A stretch of 64,000 nt of DNA from Pristiophorus japonicus (GCF_044704955.1 NC_091977.1:500650001-500714000); one strand, 5' to 3'. Counted from the first letter of the stretch, positions 32,772 to 46,151 are shown. The notes: generated by a model not told the origin, from the sequence alone. Numbers and translations are program-made.

Positions 32772-33440
32772 TGTAAGAAATTGTGAATTGGAAGATAATT
32801 GTGAATTGTAAAAGACATAACTGTTTTGTAAAAGGTCATGCCTGGTTCGGCAGCCGGAATAATTGATGACACAGAAGGATTCCAGCCATGTCAGATAAGG
32901 GGCCCCATGATTTTCACAGAGATGTTGTTTACATGGGCATAACGCAGAAACAGGCCATCATGTAAGCATGACTAGGCCTGATAAGAGGTCGAGCGAGGAG
33001 CCTTGTAATAAACAAACTGTCCGAGAGAAGGTAACCAGAGGTCCAAAGAAGAGATAAACAAAAGAATGATCTCATGGGACAGGGAGGGTTTTCATCTGAA
33101 AGTTGAGACAAAGAACTCGACATACCATTGGGCACCTTGGTTTAGGATAAGCCCTTTACAGGTTAGATAGTCCTGTCCATATTCTACCCCAGGCCCACCC
33201 CTAAAAAGAGAATAAAAGAGATATCTAAGAGCTTTTAGCACAGACGGTGGAGAGGAGAGCTGTTTGCACATGTCAGCCACCTGTCTGATCGGGACCAATA
33301 ACAGCTGCTTGTCACAGTCGTATGTCTACTATGTCTATCCAGATTGCATGTTGTATTTGATTATATCCTTACTGAAATGACCTATGACTCTTAAGACCCT
33401 TTTGGGTAATCCGTGTGTGACATGTGATCCAAATCTTACA
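32772..33440. mobile_element. Probable solo LTR (~670 bp, ERV or Gypsy type)
   Basis: Terminal inverted repeats TGTAAGAAATTG / CAAATCTTACA, with internal AATAAA motifs. Flanks share only CAG (or an overlapping ACAG), so the TSD is imperfect. Confidence 0.55.
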
Positions 33441-34653
33441 CAGCACAGGATATGAGGTTGGAGTTGTAATGTAAAAGAAGAATTTTCTCTGATGTTCTCA
33501 ATGGTGTGACACTTTTTTTCATGACAGAGAATCACAAGTGTTCGCAGATGTACTCTCCTTTGATGCTGTTCCAGAATTCACCAGGGAGCAATTAAATTAG
33601 ATTTGATATGTTTCTTCATGCCAACATCATTCACCCACCTCCCACAAGAAGAAAATCTTAGAACTCACAACCTTTGAGCTTGGAGGAAAGCATTTCTACC
33701 AACTTTCGAAATGGCAACTAAACAACTGACTTAAAAATGTAAGACATTACGCAGCACTATAATCATGGAAGAACAATAATGTGGCTCTTTCAATGAGCGA
33801 AGCCTTAAGGTTTGGAAGCAATTTCTGATGATTTCACTCTGGGGTGTAGCCAGTTGCTGAGAAAGCAAGTCCGGCGTATTAACTGGGGATCAAACAGGAC
33901 CCCTGGGTGGAGCAGATCCAATTATGAAACCTCTCTGCAGGCAAACTACGTTATAAAAGATACAGGAAGATGAACATAAAAGCAGTCGCAGCCATTACTA
34001 ACGTACACTTACAGGAAAACAATATAATTTTTATTTTAAAATCACACCAGGGAAACCTAAACCACATTGTTTATTTATGAAGAAGTTATCGCTCTACACT
34101 GATTAACTTTTATATATCTACAATAGATTTAAAAGTATGTAACTACAGTACATTAAAGGGGTAATTCCACAAACCTGTACTCTCGATATTCTCTGCAAGC
34201 ATTGCTCAATGTTCCATCTCCAACTCCCTCTTCCTGAAAACATAGCTCCCAACTGAGAATACAGAACTATCTTTCAACCATCTTGCAGATAGTGGCGGCC
34301 TGGAGTTTCTGCTCGATTCTGCTGTTTTTTTCAGTACAATTTCCCTGATATCAGTGTAACCAGCGCAAAACTAGCTACGCTTCTAGCCAAGCTGCTCCAG
34401 TACAGCTATAACACTGGCATCTACCCGACAATGTGGAAGCCTGCCCAGGTATCTCCTGGTAAATAGCAGGAAAAATCAAATCCGGCCAATTACCATCCCA
34501 TCAGTCTACTCTTAATCATCAGCAAAGTGATGGAAGTTGTCATCAACAGTGTTATCAAGTAGCACTTACTCCCAATAACCTGCTCACCGAAGCTCAGTTT
34601 GGGTTCCGCCAGGACCACTTGGCTCCGGATCTCATTACAGCCTTGATCCAAAC

Positions 34654-34852
34654 TGTCATGTATGTACATGCTGTTTGTAGCCACCAGATGGTGTCACTGT
34701 TGGAGGCCACTGAGCAGCACGCACATGGTGCTGCTCTGGTATAACAGGCCAGCCATTTTGTGAGTCACTTTGGGACTAAATAAAGCACAGGCAAGGTCAT
34801 AGCTTGCATAGTTAAGCAGTACTCAGTTTGAACTTTTATTGCATAAATAACA
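34654..34852 (+). mobile_element. Solo Gypsy LTR (199 bp)
   Basis: TGTCATG...AATAACA ends, perfect 5-bp TSD CAAAC (34649-34653, 34853-34857), and TATAA and AATAAA in the expected order. Confidence 0.88.
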
Positions 34853-35204
34853 CAAACATGGACAAAAGAGCTGAATTTCAGAGGTGAGGTGAGAGTTACT
34901 GCCCTTATCAAGGCAGCAACTGACCAAGTGTGGCATCAAGGAGCCCTAGTAAAACTGAAGTCAATGGGAATTAAGGGGAAAGCTCGTCACTGGCTGGAGT
35001 CTTATCTAGCACAAAGGAAGATGGTTGTGGTTGTTGGTCAATCATCATAGCCCCAGGACATCGCTACAGGAGTTCCTCAGGGCAGTGTCCTAGGCACAAA
35101 CATCTTTAGCTGCTTCATCAATGACCTTCCCTCCATCATAAGACAGAAGTGGGGATGTTCACTGATGATTGCACAGTGTGCAGTTCCATTTTCAACTCCT
35201 CAGA

Positions 35205-35330
35205 TGGCGAGAAAGCAGGAAGGGGGTACTGAAGTTTCATGTTCAGCCATGAACTCATTGAATGGCGGTGCAGGCTAGAAGGGCTGAATGGCCTGCTCCT
35301 GCACCTATTTTCTATGTTCTATGTTTCTAT
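35205..35330 (+). mobile_element. Very short CR1 3'-end insertion
   Basis: Essentially identical to 42778-42900; TTCTATG tail; ATG repeated at both junctions. Confidence 0.9.
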
Positions 35331-35432
35331 GAAGCAACCCATGCCCGCATGCAGCAAGACCTGGATGACAGTCAGGCTTGGGCTGATAAGTGGCAAGTAA
35401 CATTTGTGCCACACAAGTGCCAGGCAATGACT

Positions 35433-35752
35433 TTTTATTTAATTCGTTCTGGGATGTGGGCGTCGCTGGCAAGGCCAGCATTTATTGCCCATCACTAATT
35501 GCCCTTGAGAAGGTAGAGAGGAGCTGCCTTCATGAACCACTGCAGCATTTGTGGTGAAGGTATTCTCACAGTGTTGTTCGGGAGGGAGTTCCAGGGTTTT
35601 GACCCAGCAACGATGAACAAACAGCGATATATTTCCAAGTCAGGAGGGGAACTTACAGGTGATGGCATTCCCATGCGCCTGCTGCCCTTATCCTTCTAGG
35701 TGGTGGAGGTTGCGGGTTTGGGAGGTGTTGCCGAAAAAGCCATGGCGAGAGT
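35433..35752 (-). mobile_element. Family B LINE 3' end inserted in opposite orientation
   Basis: Matches 22965-23295. The host sequence rejoins (GCAATGAC / TCTAACCACC). Confidence 0.75.
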
Positions 35753-37149
35753 TCTAACCACCACCCCTTGACATTCAGCAGCATTACCATCGCCGAATCC
35801 CCCACCATCAACATCCTGGGGGTCATCATTAAACTGAAACATAATTGGGCAGCTACATAAATACTGTGGCAACAAGAGCAGGTCAGAGCGAATGTCTCAC
35901 CTCCTGACTCTCCAAAGCCTTTCCACCATCTATGAGGCACAAGTAAGGAGTGTGATGGAATCATCTGCACTTGCCTGGATGAGTGCAGCTCCAAGAACAC
36001 AAAAGAATTTCGACACCATCCAGGACAAAGCAGCCCGCTTGATTGGCACCCCATCCGCCACCTTAAACATTCACTCACTCCACCACCGGCACACCGTGGC
36101 TGCAGTGTGTACCATCTACAAGTTGCAGCAACTCGCCGAGACTTCTTCGACAGCACCTTCCAAACCCGCGATCTCCTGACTTGCAAATATATCACCGTTC
36201 CTTCATCATCACAGGGTCAAAATCCTGGAACTCCCTCCCTAACAGCACTGTGGAAGTACCTTCACCACACGGACTGCAGCAGTTCAAGAAGTCAGCTCAC
36301 CATCTCTCAAGGGCAATTAGGGATGGGCAATAAATGCTGGCCTCACTAGCGATGCACATGCCCCAGGAATGAATAAAAAAACGATTGCAGAATTTTACTT
36401 GCAAATTGCATTCAGTGCAACTCGAGTTTCTGCGATCTTTTGCGCTAGATTACTCACAGATTGACACTGTGATTTAAAATGCTTATTTTTTGTGATAAAC
36501 CAAAGTTACCACTGATAACTATATCAAGGAATATTTTAAAAGCGAAACGGTTTAAAAAAATTTACGTTTTAAAACGCCGCCTGATTGTGCTGGTTCATGG
36601 CAGATTTTGCATTCGGCAATATGCAAATGAGTTTGTGCGAAAACTCGGGGAAAAAAAACACTTTACGAAAAGGGCGTCATTTTGAGCAGAAACTCCACCC
36701 CAGTGTCGGCAACACTTTTGTAACACTTTCTTATGCTTTTTCTACTGTGCCCCTTTTTACATTTAAATGTAGCTATTTATTATACTTCCCTGAATGAAAC
36801 CCTTTTCGCTCAGTCTCGAAGGTAGATGGTGCCGTTGCACTATTCTCATATTGATTGTACTTATCTCTAATCATGTCCTCGAAGCGCTGTGTCCAAGCTA
36901 AGGGGCACAAAAGATCGGGCCTCTCATCTAATAATCACTCTGCCACTTCTTCCTGCTCCCACCTGCCATCTCTCCCACGGCTCAGGACCCCAGCTGAGCC
37001 CCGATGTGGCTTTCACCCCCCACCCTCCCCTTCCGCTCCTGAGATACACCCAATCCTGGGGTAACTTTTCCTCTTTTCCCCATTCACCATGGTGGCCATA
37101 GCATGTCAAAACCCGGAATTAAGTGCAGCGCGGCGGTCAGTGACTTTTT

Positions 37150-37640
37150 AGCTCAGCGAGGTTTCCCAGGAGGTCAGCAGCAGGAGTGTGGTGCCATGTT
37201 CCTGGATACAATGCAGGAAGCACTTCCAACAACCTAAGCAGGGCAGGAAAGGTGAAAGCAGTGGCACATTGCCCTACATCCTGATGTGTGTATCGCCCTA
37301 ACTCCCCTCACTCTGCCTTCTCATGCCAGCTCCAGCACATAACTCCTCACACCGACTTAACTTGCAGGTACATCTCTGTTTACGCGCTCACTCACATTCC
37401 CATTTACCTATCCAGCACTGACACTCACCCTTATCCTTATACAATGTCATGCCTCTCCCTCAGTCATCCTCAACAAATGCTCTCCATCCATCGGGCGAAC
37501 ACTGGCCATTACATTCACTCATGCGTCTCTTCTTTCCCTCCAGCATGACAAGGGTGGGACGGGGTGGGGGGGGAAAGAGAACCAGAGGTGGTCCTCCAGC
37601 TGTCTCCCAACTAACATCTGCAGAGCAGATGGTGGAGGTC
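37150..37640 (+). pseudogene. Harbinger Myb/SANT-like protein gene relic (two exons)
   Basis: EVSQEVSSRSVVPCSWIQCRKHF/NNLSRAGK then a GT donor (~37252); acceptor TTTCCCTCCAG (~37543); then KRTRGGPPAVSQLTSAEQ. Confidence 0.7.
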
Positions 37641-38599
37641 AGGGACAGCAGTGCTGACTCCATGTCAAAGGGCGCAGGGCTCTCCAAGCTCTGCTCAGCT
37701 AGAAGCAGATGCTGTAGCCCAGGGGCCGTTGATAATCAAGTTAATTCTGGACAGCAGCGAGTATGTGCGATGTACTGGCAGGTGTTCCAGCCACACTGTG
37801 CACCATTGCAGAGAGATTGGCGGAATCTGCCTCAAGCATGAGTCGCATGCTGTTGCAGGCCTTTGTGATGATGTCTTCTTCCACGGAAAGAGTGGCCAAC
37901 TGCACGGAGCATCAAACGTGGCAATCACACGAGGGCATGCAGGCTTTCACCAATGCATGTCGCCTGAAATAGGGTGAGTGATACCCTAGCCTTGGCCGTT
38001 CATCACACCACTGTTCTGCAGCAAAGTGTTGTCCAGCTCACTGCTGGCAGGGAAGTGAGACTAGGCCATGAGGAATAAGGATAAAGGGGACATGGAAGTG
38101 GGGACTCGGCTCAAATCACTCCCATTTCTAACCCATTGGCCCTCCCTCAGTCAGTAGCCCACACACTGCCTCATGTCCCAATGGGCGAGTCTGTCTCTGC
38201 ACATATGCAGGTGGAGCAGTCTTTGGCGGGACCCTCGTGGGCTCCAGAGGACATCGGCCAAGAGCAACTCAGCAGTCAGGGCAGGGATCGGAGCAGCCTA
38301 CCTCACCAGGGGTCGCACCATGTAGAAGCGCTAGGAAAAGGAAGAGTAAAGATTTCTAGTTGCACAAGGGTATGAACATACGTGTGGTGTGTTACATATT
38401 GTTAGATTGGTAAGAGTCTGTTTTCTATGTGAAGCACATAAATATTATTCTTTTGCAACAGTTTCATGTCTTGGCCTTTCTTGATTGCTTGCTGGCAAGT
38501 GGCCTGTTCAGTCGTGTGCTGAATGGGAAGACATGAATTGATGATAACCAATTGGGGGACTGTGAAAGGGATGCTTGGTTGTTTGCAGGACTGGTGGAA

Positions 38600-39726
38600 C
38601 CCAAGTGAACCTCTCAACAATGAGGGCATCCCTGTCAGCAATGTGTGCCACTGGTGGTGCATTGCCCGCATCACCTTCTGCTTCCACCTCCTCCCCTCCT
38701 CCCCGAAATCCTCTGCAGAGGCTCTGTGCTCTGTTCCTCCTGCAGGTCCAAACCTTGCTGCTGTGCAATTCTGTGCAGAGTGTAACACACCTAGACCATT
38801 CTGGAGACCCTGGCTGGTGCGTGCTGTAGGGCACCTCGAGATCTGTCCAGGCACCTGAAGTGCATCTTCAGCATGCGGATGGCTTGTTCGATTACACATC
38901 TGGTGGTGATATGGCATTCATTGTATCGCTCCTGGGCCTCATTCCTTGGGTTTCCGAGAGGTGCCATCAGCCAGGTTTTAAGTGGGACTCTGAGCAGCTG
39001 GCCATTAACTCTGCTTCGAGGTGCAGAGAGATCAGGGAGGGTGGATTGCCGCAGGACGAAAGCATTGTGGCAGCTGCCTGAGAATCACGTGCATCTTTTT
39101 GTGGTTGCACACCAGCTGCACATTGATGGAGTGGACGCCCTTGTGGTTAATAAATGCTCCTGGATGATCTGGGGGAGTCTTAATTGTCACGTGTGCAGTC
39201 GAAGATGCTCTGCACCTGTGGGAAGCCAGCCAGAGCTGCAAACCCGAGCACCCGCTCTTTCTGACTGGTGTCATCGCAGGCAAAGTGTACATAATTGGCG
39301 GCCCTGGCAAATAAGCCATCGGTCTTGTGCATTTGTGCATTATGCCACTGACTGTGAGATCCTGCACATGTCTCTGGCAGATTCCTGAAAGTATCCAGAA
39401 GCAAAGAAGTTGAGGGCTGTGGTGACTTTGACAGCTTCTGGTAAAGCCTGGCCACCAGGTCCAGTTGGCAGCAGGTCTTGTTCCAGCAGCCTGCAAATGT
39501 CTGTCATCACATGACACAACACCCTGAGCGTCCTGAGACGCTGGTGTTCAGACGTGTCAAGGATGCTTATCCTCTGCCTGTAGATACATGTGTGCCAGGT
39601 ATGGCCACTTGCGAGCTGCATCTCTCTGCTGCTCCCCTCTCTCTTGTGGGGCATCAGGTCTGTGAGCAGCAGTCTGTTGCTGGGTCTGCTGCTGCTGGTG
39701 CTGTTGTTAGTCACCTTCATCCTCAT
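38600..39726 (-). pseudogene. Harbinger transposase (HARBI1-like) relic
   Basis: AVKVTTALNFFASGYFQ, GFAALAGFPQVQSIFDCT, FINHKGVHSINVQLVC and IEQAIRMLKMHFRCLD across frameshifts. Confidence 0.88.
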
Positions 39727-40356
39727 CAGCCAGAAGTTTAAATTCAGCCCATAGTAACATTGTGAAGGAAATTCGCAGGTTATGCCCAGAAATGTAGCTG
39801 TAGAGCTAGAGCAGGGCAGTGCTTAGTTCCCCGGGGCAGATACTTATAGTAAAGCTGCACTAAGTACATTGAACAACCAAACCAGGCTTCACACAGCTCA
39901 CTGCTGGGAATGCACAGCCCTAAAACTTCTTCAAGTGAGGAATTCATGAAGGCTTATACCCATCATTATTTTGACCCCACCCCCGCATAGAATGGCCTTC
40001 CTGTGCTCCCTGCTGACAACCTACACCCGAGACAACCCATAGTGCCACATTGCTGACAGTAATCCAGGAACTATCGTGGGGTTCTTCAGGCACTTTATTA
40101 AGCATAGTAAACATTGCAATGAATTTGGAAATTTTTTCTCAGGAGCACTTTCCCACCACTGAAACAGTTGGTTATTTAAAGTGTTTAGTGCGTTTACAGT
40201 GAAACTCTAACCTACAGTCAATTATTATAATATATGTGCACAAAGTTGCACAGGCTTTTGAAACTCAGTCCTGGGAAAGAACCTAATAAAACATCTGGGG
40301 ATTCATGATTTATGTTTTTAAATATTATTTTTTAATTATTTATTTTTGAAAACATT

Positions 40357-41418
40357 TAGGGCTAAAAATTACTTCGCTTAGCGCCAACCGTTAGTGCCCG
40401 AGAGGGTCGTTAACATAGAAACATAGAAAATAAGTGCAGGAGTAGGCCATTCGGCCCTTCGAGCCTGCACCGCCATTCAATGAGTTCATTGAACATGCAA
40501 CTTCAGTACCCCATTCCTGCTTTCTCGCCATACCCCTTGATCCCCCTAGTAGTAAGGACTTCATCTAACTCCTTTTTGAACATATTTAGTGAATTGGCCT
40601 CAACAACTTTCTGTGGTAGAGAATTCCACAGGTTCACCACTCTCTGGGTGAAGAAGTTTCTCCTCATCTCGGTCCTAAATGGCTTACCCCTTATCCTTAG
40701 ACTGTGACCCCTGGTTCTGGACTTCCCCAACATTGGGAACATTCTTCCTGCATCTAACCTGTCTGAACCCATCAGAATTTTAAACGTTTCTATGAGGTCC
40801 CCTCTCATTCTTCTGAACTCCAGTGAATAACGCGTGACTAAAGTCTTACTGACTGAGCTGGCAGTGCCTCCTGCAACCTTCAGTGGAGGTTTACTGGTGA
40901 CACTAAGATTTAGCACTGTGCACTCTAGCGCCACCCACTTGGTGATGTCAGTGAGTCTGCAACGCTCCCTTAGTGCCGCGGTTGCACAATTGAATGCTTT
41001 CGCTTGCCGCAGCGCCTAGCCCGAATTCCGACAGGGAAGGCAGGCGTCCCGAAGAAGCTATCAGGGCGATATTTCCGCGGGTGCGCAGGTGGTCGATTAA
41101 AATGGAATGTATTTGTACTAATGTATCTCTCTTCGGTGTTCAACACTGTTGCTAATCTCCCTTGCATTTTCTTTCAGTTTTCGGGTGGTCCATCTGACCT
41201 CCCCTTTAGGCGCTAGGATACCAGAACGTCAGCCACACTCCCGCGAAAGCGCCCCAAGAATCAGGGTTAGTGCCAACACTTCCCTTAGTCCTCCACTCCC
41301 CTCTTGGGGCACTAAAAACCAATATCCCGGATGGAGGCCGTAAACATCTCCCGGCGCTAAAATTAGTGACCAGGTGGTGTCACGGCCTCAAACTGGACGA
41401 TAATGAATTAGTAACCCC
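40357..41418. mobile_element. Probable MITE hosting a CR1 fragment
   Basis: Ends GGGCTAAAAATT / AATTAGTAACCCC; GC-rich with repeated TAGCGCC/GGCGCTA. Confidence 0.5.
40415..40829 (-). mobile_element. CR1 3' fragment
   Basis: YSLEFRRMRGDLIE...GEKAGMGY plus tail; TAAC at both junctions. Confidence 0.92.
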
Positions 41419-41419
41419 T

Positions 41420-41986
41420 AGGGTTGGATTTTCAGGTTTGGGCAAAAACGGTAGCGATACGTGAAAATTACCGTTTATGCCACGTTACCGAATTTAAGCC
41501 GAACTTTCGGCCTTTGGGGTCTGCGGTAAGGGAGGCATTGCATAAACATTTATGGCACAAAACGCGATCTTTGCCACCTTTAATGCGGGGTCGTTTGCGC
41601 TGCAAGAGAGGCCTTGGGAGGGGGAAAAAAAACTTCAAAAAACATTCAAACAACATTACCAAGACCCTTAGCTACCAAATTGCTGAAAAAAAATGTAAAA
41701 ATAAAAACTTTAGCTTACCTTTTTTGCAGGTTTTCCAACTTACCGCTGCTGGTAGGGCTGCACCGACAGGTTTTAGCTGGCACAGCGTACGGCTCAGAAG
41801 AGTGCTGAAACTCAGACAGTAACGCAATCCGCGTCATTACACGTCAGCACACCTCTCCCTGGCGGTACATCGCTGCCACAAAGAACAAACCGGAGATTCC
41901 CGGCCGGGCTTTGCGACAGGATTTTTGCCGCAGAGGATCAAAACACGGCGAAAACCCGGTCACAAACCCCTCAAAAATCCGGCCCC
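41420..41986. mobile_element. MITE abutting the previous one
   Basis: TIRs GGGTTGGATTTTCAGG / CCTCAAAAATCCGGCCCC. Confidence 0.6.
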
Positions 41987-42261
41987 TTATATCAAATACC
42001 TTAAATGTTTAAGTCCTGGTACTGGTGCTGGTTAATAGTTCTGGGTGAATGCCCGAGATTAGGATGGAAAGGGTTAATCAGGATAGTAGGTCTGATTAAT
42101 TCTCTGAAAAGACCCGTTAGTGCTGTGCTGTTTTTATGCTGTAACTGTGTGAAATGTGAACCTTCAATTTCAAAAAAATAATGATGCCACTTTTAATAAT
42201 ATTTTTTATATCAGTGTCTGCAACATTTGATGTTTTCCGGTGCTACTTGCGAGGATGCCAG

Positions 42262-42904
42262 CAGCATAGCGAGGGGATTTGAATACAGGGGCAGGGAGGT
42301 GTTGCTACAGTTGTACAGGGCCTTGGTGAGGCCACACCTGGAGTATTGTGTACAGTTTTGGTCTCCTAACTTGAGGAAGGACATTCTTGCTATTGAGGGA
42401 GTGCAGCGAAGGTTCACCAGACTGATTCCCGGGATGGCGGGACTGACCTATCAAGAAAGATTGGATCAATTGGGCTTGTATTCACTGGAGTTCAGAAGAA
42501 TGAGAGGGGACCTCATAGAAACGTTTAAAATTCTGACTGGTTTAGACAGGTTAGATGCAGAAAGAATGTTCCCAATGTTGGGGAAGTCCAGAACCAGGGG
42601 TCACAGTCTGAGGATAAGGGGTAAGCCATTTAGGACCGAGATGAGGAGAAACTTCTTCACCCAGAGAGTGGTGAACCTGTGGAATTCTCTACCACAGAAA
42701 GTAGTTGAGGCCAATTCACTAAATATATTCAAAAGGGAGTTAGATGAAGTCCTTACTACTCGGGGGATCAAGGGTTATGGCGAGAAAGCAGGAAGGGGGT
42801 ACTGAAGTTTCATGTTCAGCCATGAACTCATTGAATGGCGGTGCAGGCTAGAAGGGCTGAATGGCCTGCTCCTGCACCTATTTTCTATGTTTCTATGTTT
42901 CTAT
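42262..42904 (+). mobile_element. Young 5'-truncated CR1
   Basis: ORF 42227..42805 matches the ORF2 C-terminus; (TTTCTATG)n tail. Confidence 0.95.
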
Positions 42905-43164
42905 CTGCTGAGACAAGTGGAATAGAGTTCATGTGAAAGCTGCAAAACACAAAGGTTGCATCAGATCTGACACAAAGCAGTGATCAGAGAGGGTATAAAG
43001 GGAGAGAGTCTTAGCCTAGACAGTTAGCTACGGTGAATCCTCCACAGCTGAGCGGTTGATGTAGTTCCTGGGGCAGTGATCTTCCATGCATTCCATGAGT
43101 AAGGTTGCCCCATAGCAGAAAGGTAGCGCAGTGTCCTCTTACTGCGATGGCCAAAAAAAATGAT

Positions 43165-43645
43165 TGACAAGGATGATACCAGAAATGCAAGGATATACCT
43201 ATCAGGAAAGAATGAACAGACTGGGTCGCTTTTCTCTTGAAAGGAGAAGGCTGAGGGGTTGACCTAATAGAGATCTTTAAAATTATAAAAGGTTTTGATA
43301 GAGTAGTCACAGAGAGTGTTTTCACTTGTGGGGAAGAACAAAACTAGAGGCCATCAAAATAAGATTGTCACCAAGAAATCAAATAGCGAATTCAGAAGAA
43401 ACTTCTTTACCCAGAGTGTGGTGAGAATGTGGAACTCACTACCAAGGGAGTGGTTGAAGTGAATAGTATAGATGCATTTAAGGTGAGGCTAGACATGCAT
43501 ATGAGGGAGAAGGGCATAGAGGGTTATGCTGATAGTTCGATGAGGAAAGACAGGAGACTCGAGTGGAACATAAACGCTGGCATAGACTGGTTGGGCCGAA
43601 TGGCCTGTTTCTGTGCTCTATATCCTATGTAATCCTATGTATGTA
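43165..43645 (+). mobile_element. Older CR1 subfamily 3' fragment
   Basis: LEKRRLRGDLIE-like and FRRNFFTQ remnants; tail (ATCCTATGT)n. Confidence 0.8.
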
Positions 43646-43664
43646 ATCCATGTTTGAGCTGATA

Positions 43665-45042
43665 CTTGATGTACATGGCCTTCTTTGACCTCACAAAGGC
43701 CTTTGACGCTGTCAACCATGAGGGAATATGGAGCGTCCTCCTGCGTTTCGGCTGCCCTCAAAAGTCTGTCACCATCCACCATCTGCTCCACGGTGACATG
43801 CAAGTCGTGATCCTGACCAATGGATCCGCCTCAGACCAAATCCACGTCCGGACCGGGGTCAAGCAGGGCTGTGTCATCGCACCAACACTCTTTTCGATCT
43901 TCCTTGCTACATCTCACCCTTCGCAAGCTCCCCGCCGGAGTGGAGCTAAATTATAGAACAGATGGGAATATGTTCAACCTCCACCGCCTCCAGGCTAGAT
44001 CCAAGGTCATCCCATCCTCCATCATCAAACTACAGTACACAGACGATGCTTGCGTCTGCGCACACTCGGAGGCCGAACTCCAAGCCATTGTCAACATCTT
44101 CACCGAGGCCTAAGAGAGCATGGGCCTTATGCTAAACATCCGCAAGATAAAGGTCCTCTACCAACCTGATCCCACTACACAGCACTGCCCCGCCGATTGT
44201 CAAAATCCACGACAAGGCCTTGGACAAGGTGGACCATTTTACCATACCTCGGGAGCCTACTGTCAGCAAGAACAGACATTGACGATAAAGTCTAACACCG
44301 CCTTCAGTTTGCCAGTGCAGCTTTCGGTCACCTGAGGAAGAGAGTGTTTGAAGACCAGGACCTCAAACCCGGCACCAAGCTCATGGTCTACAAGGCAGTA
44401 GTGATACCCGCCCTCCTATATGGCTCAGAGATGTGGACTATATACAGCAGACACCTCAAAGCGCTGGAGAAATACCATCAGTGCTGGCTCCGCAAGATCC
44501 TGCAAATCCATTGGCAGGATAGTCGCACCAATGTTAGCGTTCTCGCTCAGGCCAACATCCCCAGCATCGAAGCATTGACCACACTCAATCAGCTCCGTTG
44601 GGTGGGCCACATCGTCCGCATGTCCGACACGAGACTCCCAAAGTCAGCGCTCTATGCGGAGCTTCGACATGGCAAACGAGCCCCAGGTGGGCAGAGGAAA
44701 CGCTTCAAGGACAACCTCAAAGCCTCCTTGACAAATTGCAACATCACTCTGACTCCTGGGAATCCCTGGCCGAAGACTGCCCAAAGTGGAGGAAGAGCAT
44801 CCGGGAGGGCGCTGAGCACCTCGAGTCCCATCGCTGAGAACAAGCAAAAAGTAAGTGTAGACAGCGGAAGGAGCGTGCGTCAACCGAGGCTCTCCGACCA
44901 CCCTTTCCTTCAACCACTGTCTGCCCCACCTGTGACATAGACTGTAGGTCCCCGCATTGGACTCCTCAGTCACCTGAGAGTTCACTTTTAGAATGGAAGC
45001 AAGTCATCCTCGACTCCAAGAGACTGCCTATGATGATGATGA
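43665..45042 (+). mobile_element. 5'-truncated RTE-clade LINE
   Basis: AFFDLTKAFD, GVKQGCVIAPTLF, LQYTDD, TKLMVYKAVVIPALLYGSE; (GAT)n tail. Confidence 0.92.
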
Positions 45043-45554
45043 CTTGATGTGTGTCATACATGAAGATTAAATTAATTTTTAAAAATATAATTGTGTAGTT
45101 GTGTCTGAGTCAACAGGTCTGAACCCAACTTATATTTAGAGACATTTACATCATTTGGTAGCACCGGTTACGAAGAGTTATTGTGAAATGTAGGCAATGA
45201 CACCAGAGTTGCCCAGCTCCTACAGAGCCTTTTGCTCCATTACTACTAATAAAATTGCAAGCACACTGCACTGTATTTGAAGCTAAGCAAAAAGAGGGCA
45301 GTGAGATATTTTCTTTGAAGTATTCGAATGTATATGGTAGTCTGCAATGTATTTGCTGTGTTGAGACCCCTAGATTATGGGGCACGATTATTTTCTGTCT
45401 GTTACAACTAAAATCTTTTTTAAACTTGATGCCAGACTGTCAAGTTGAGGGCCGGAGGATAAAATGTGAAAATCACTTGCTCTGTTCAGCTTAGCAAGGT
45501 ACTTCACTTTTGACAATACACATAGTTCAGACATATCTCACTTGGTTCTTTCAA

Positions 45555-45945
45555 TTTTATTCCTTCTGTGCTGAAGGCACTGATGCACATGGAGCCCAGT
45601 GTACTTTACTGAAGCACCTCAGCTCTTGTTCTGAAGCTACTGATACACATGTGCTGGGATGAAGTGCAGCTGGTCTCCTGCACCTAATTTCAATGTATAT
45701 TTTCCATGTCCGAGAAGAATAGTAGGCCTTGCATTTTGACCAATATCTACACATGTACATTTTCCAGCAGAGGTCACAGGTTAAGATTCAGGCAAGTGAA
45801 TTTTGAGTGATTTTCTGATTTCTGAAATGAAGAGATCAATTGTGCCGTCTATTACCACCTGACAACAACAGGAACCTAGACTTGATTTTGGAACCTGTAT
45901 GGTCTGTATAACTCAGCTACATGCCATTTTATCCAGCTGAACCTT
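45555..45945 (-). mobile_element. Degenerate SINE (family of 13325-13655)
   Basis: CTGAAGGCACTGA at left and GGTCTGTATAACTCAG at right parallel that copy. Confidence 0.4.
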
Positions 45946-46151
45946 TGTGAACGCACTCAAAGTTATGGGGAAAGGTCAGAGATTAGGCGTATTATCTTTC
46001 AAAAAGAGGAGAGTTCAATGTGACCTAATTGAAGTTCCCAAGATTACGATAGAGAATTGATAACTTCAATCCGATAGTAGATCAATTTACAATTTAAAGG
46101 GAAGTCAGGTGAAAATTTTCCATCCAAAAGGTAAATGATGTGGAATACAAT

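Larger units (their letters stand above)
34345..36380 (+). mobile_element. Family B LINE (RT to 3' end) carrying three nested inserts
   Basis: NYHPISLL, QFGFRQDH, VPQGSVLG and MFTDD remnants; 3' end GGCAATTAGGGATGGGCAATAAATGCTGG...AATGAATAAAAAA. Inserts at 34654-34852, 35205-35330 and 35433-35752. Confidence 0.85.

Noticed and set aside
38600-39726. Domesticated HARBI1 gene
   Set aside because: Multiple frameshifts, stops and a deletion, plus a linked Myb relic, indicate a decayed transposon rather than the host gene.
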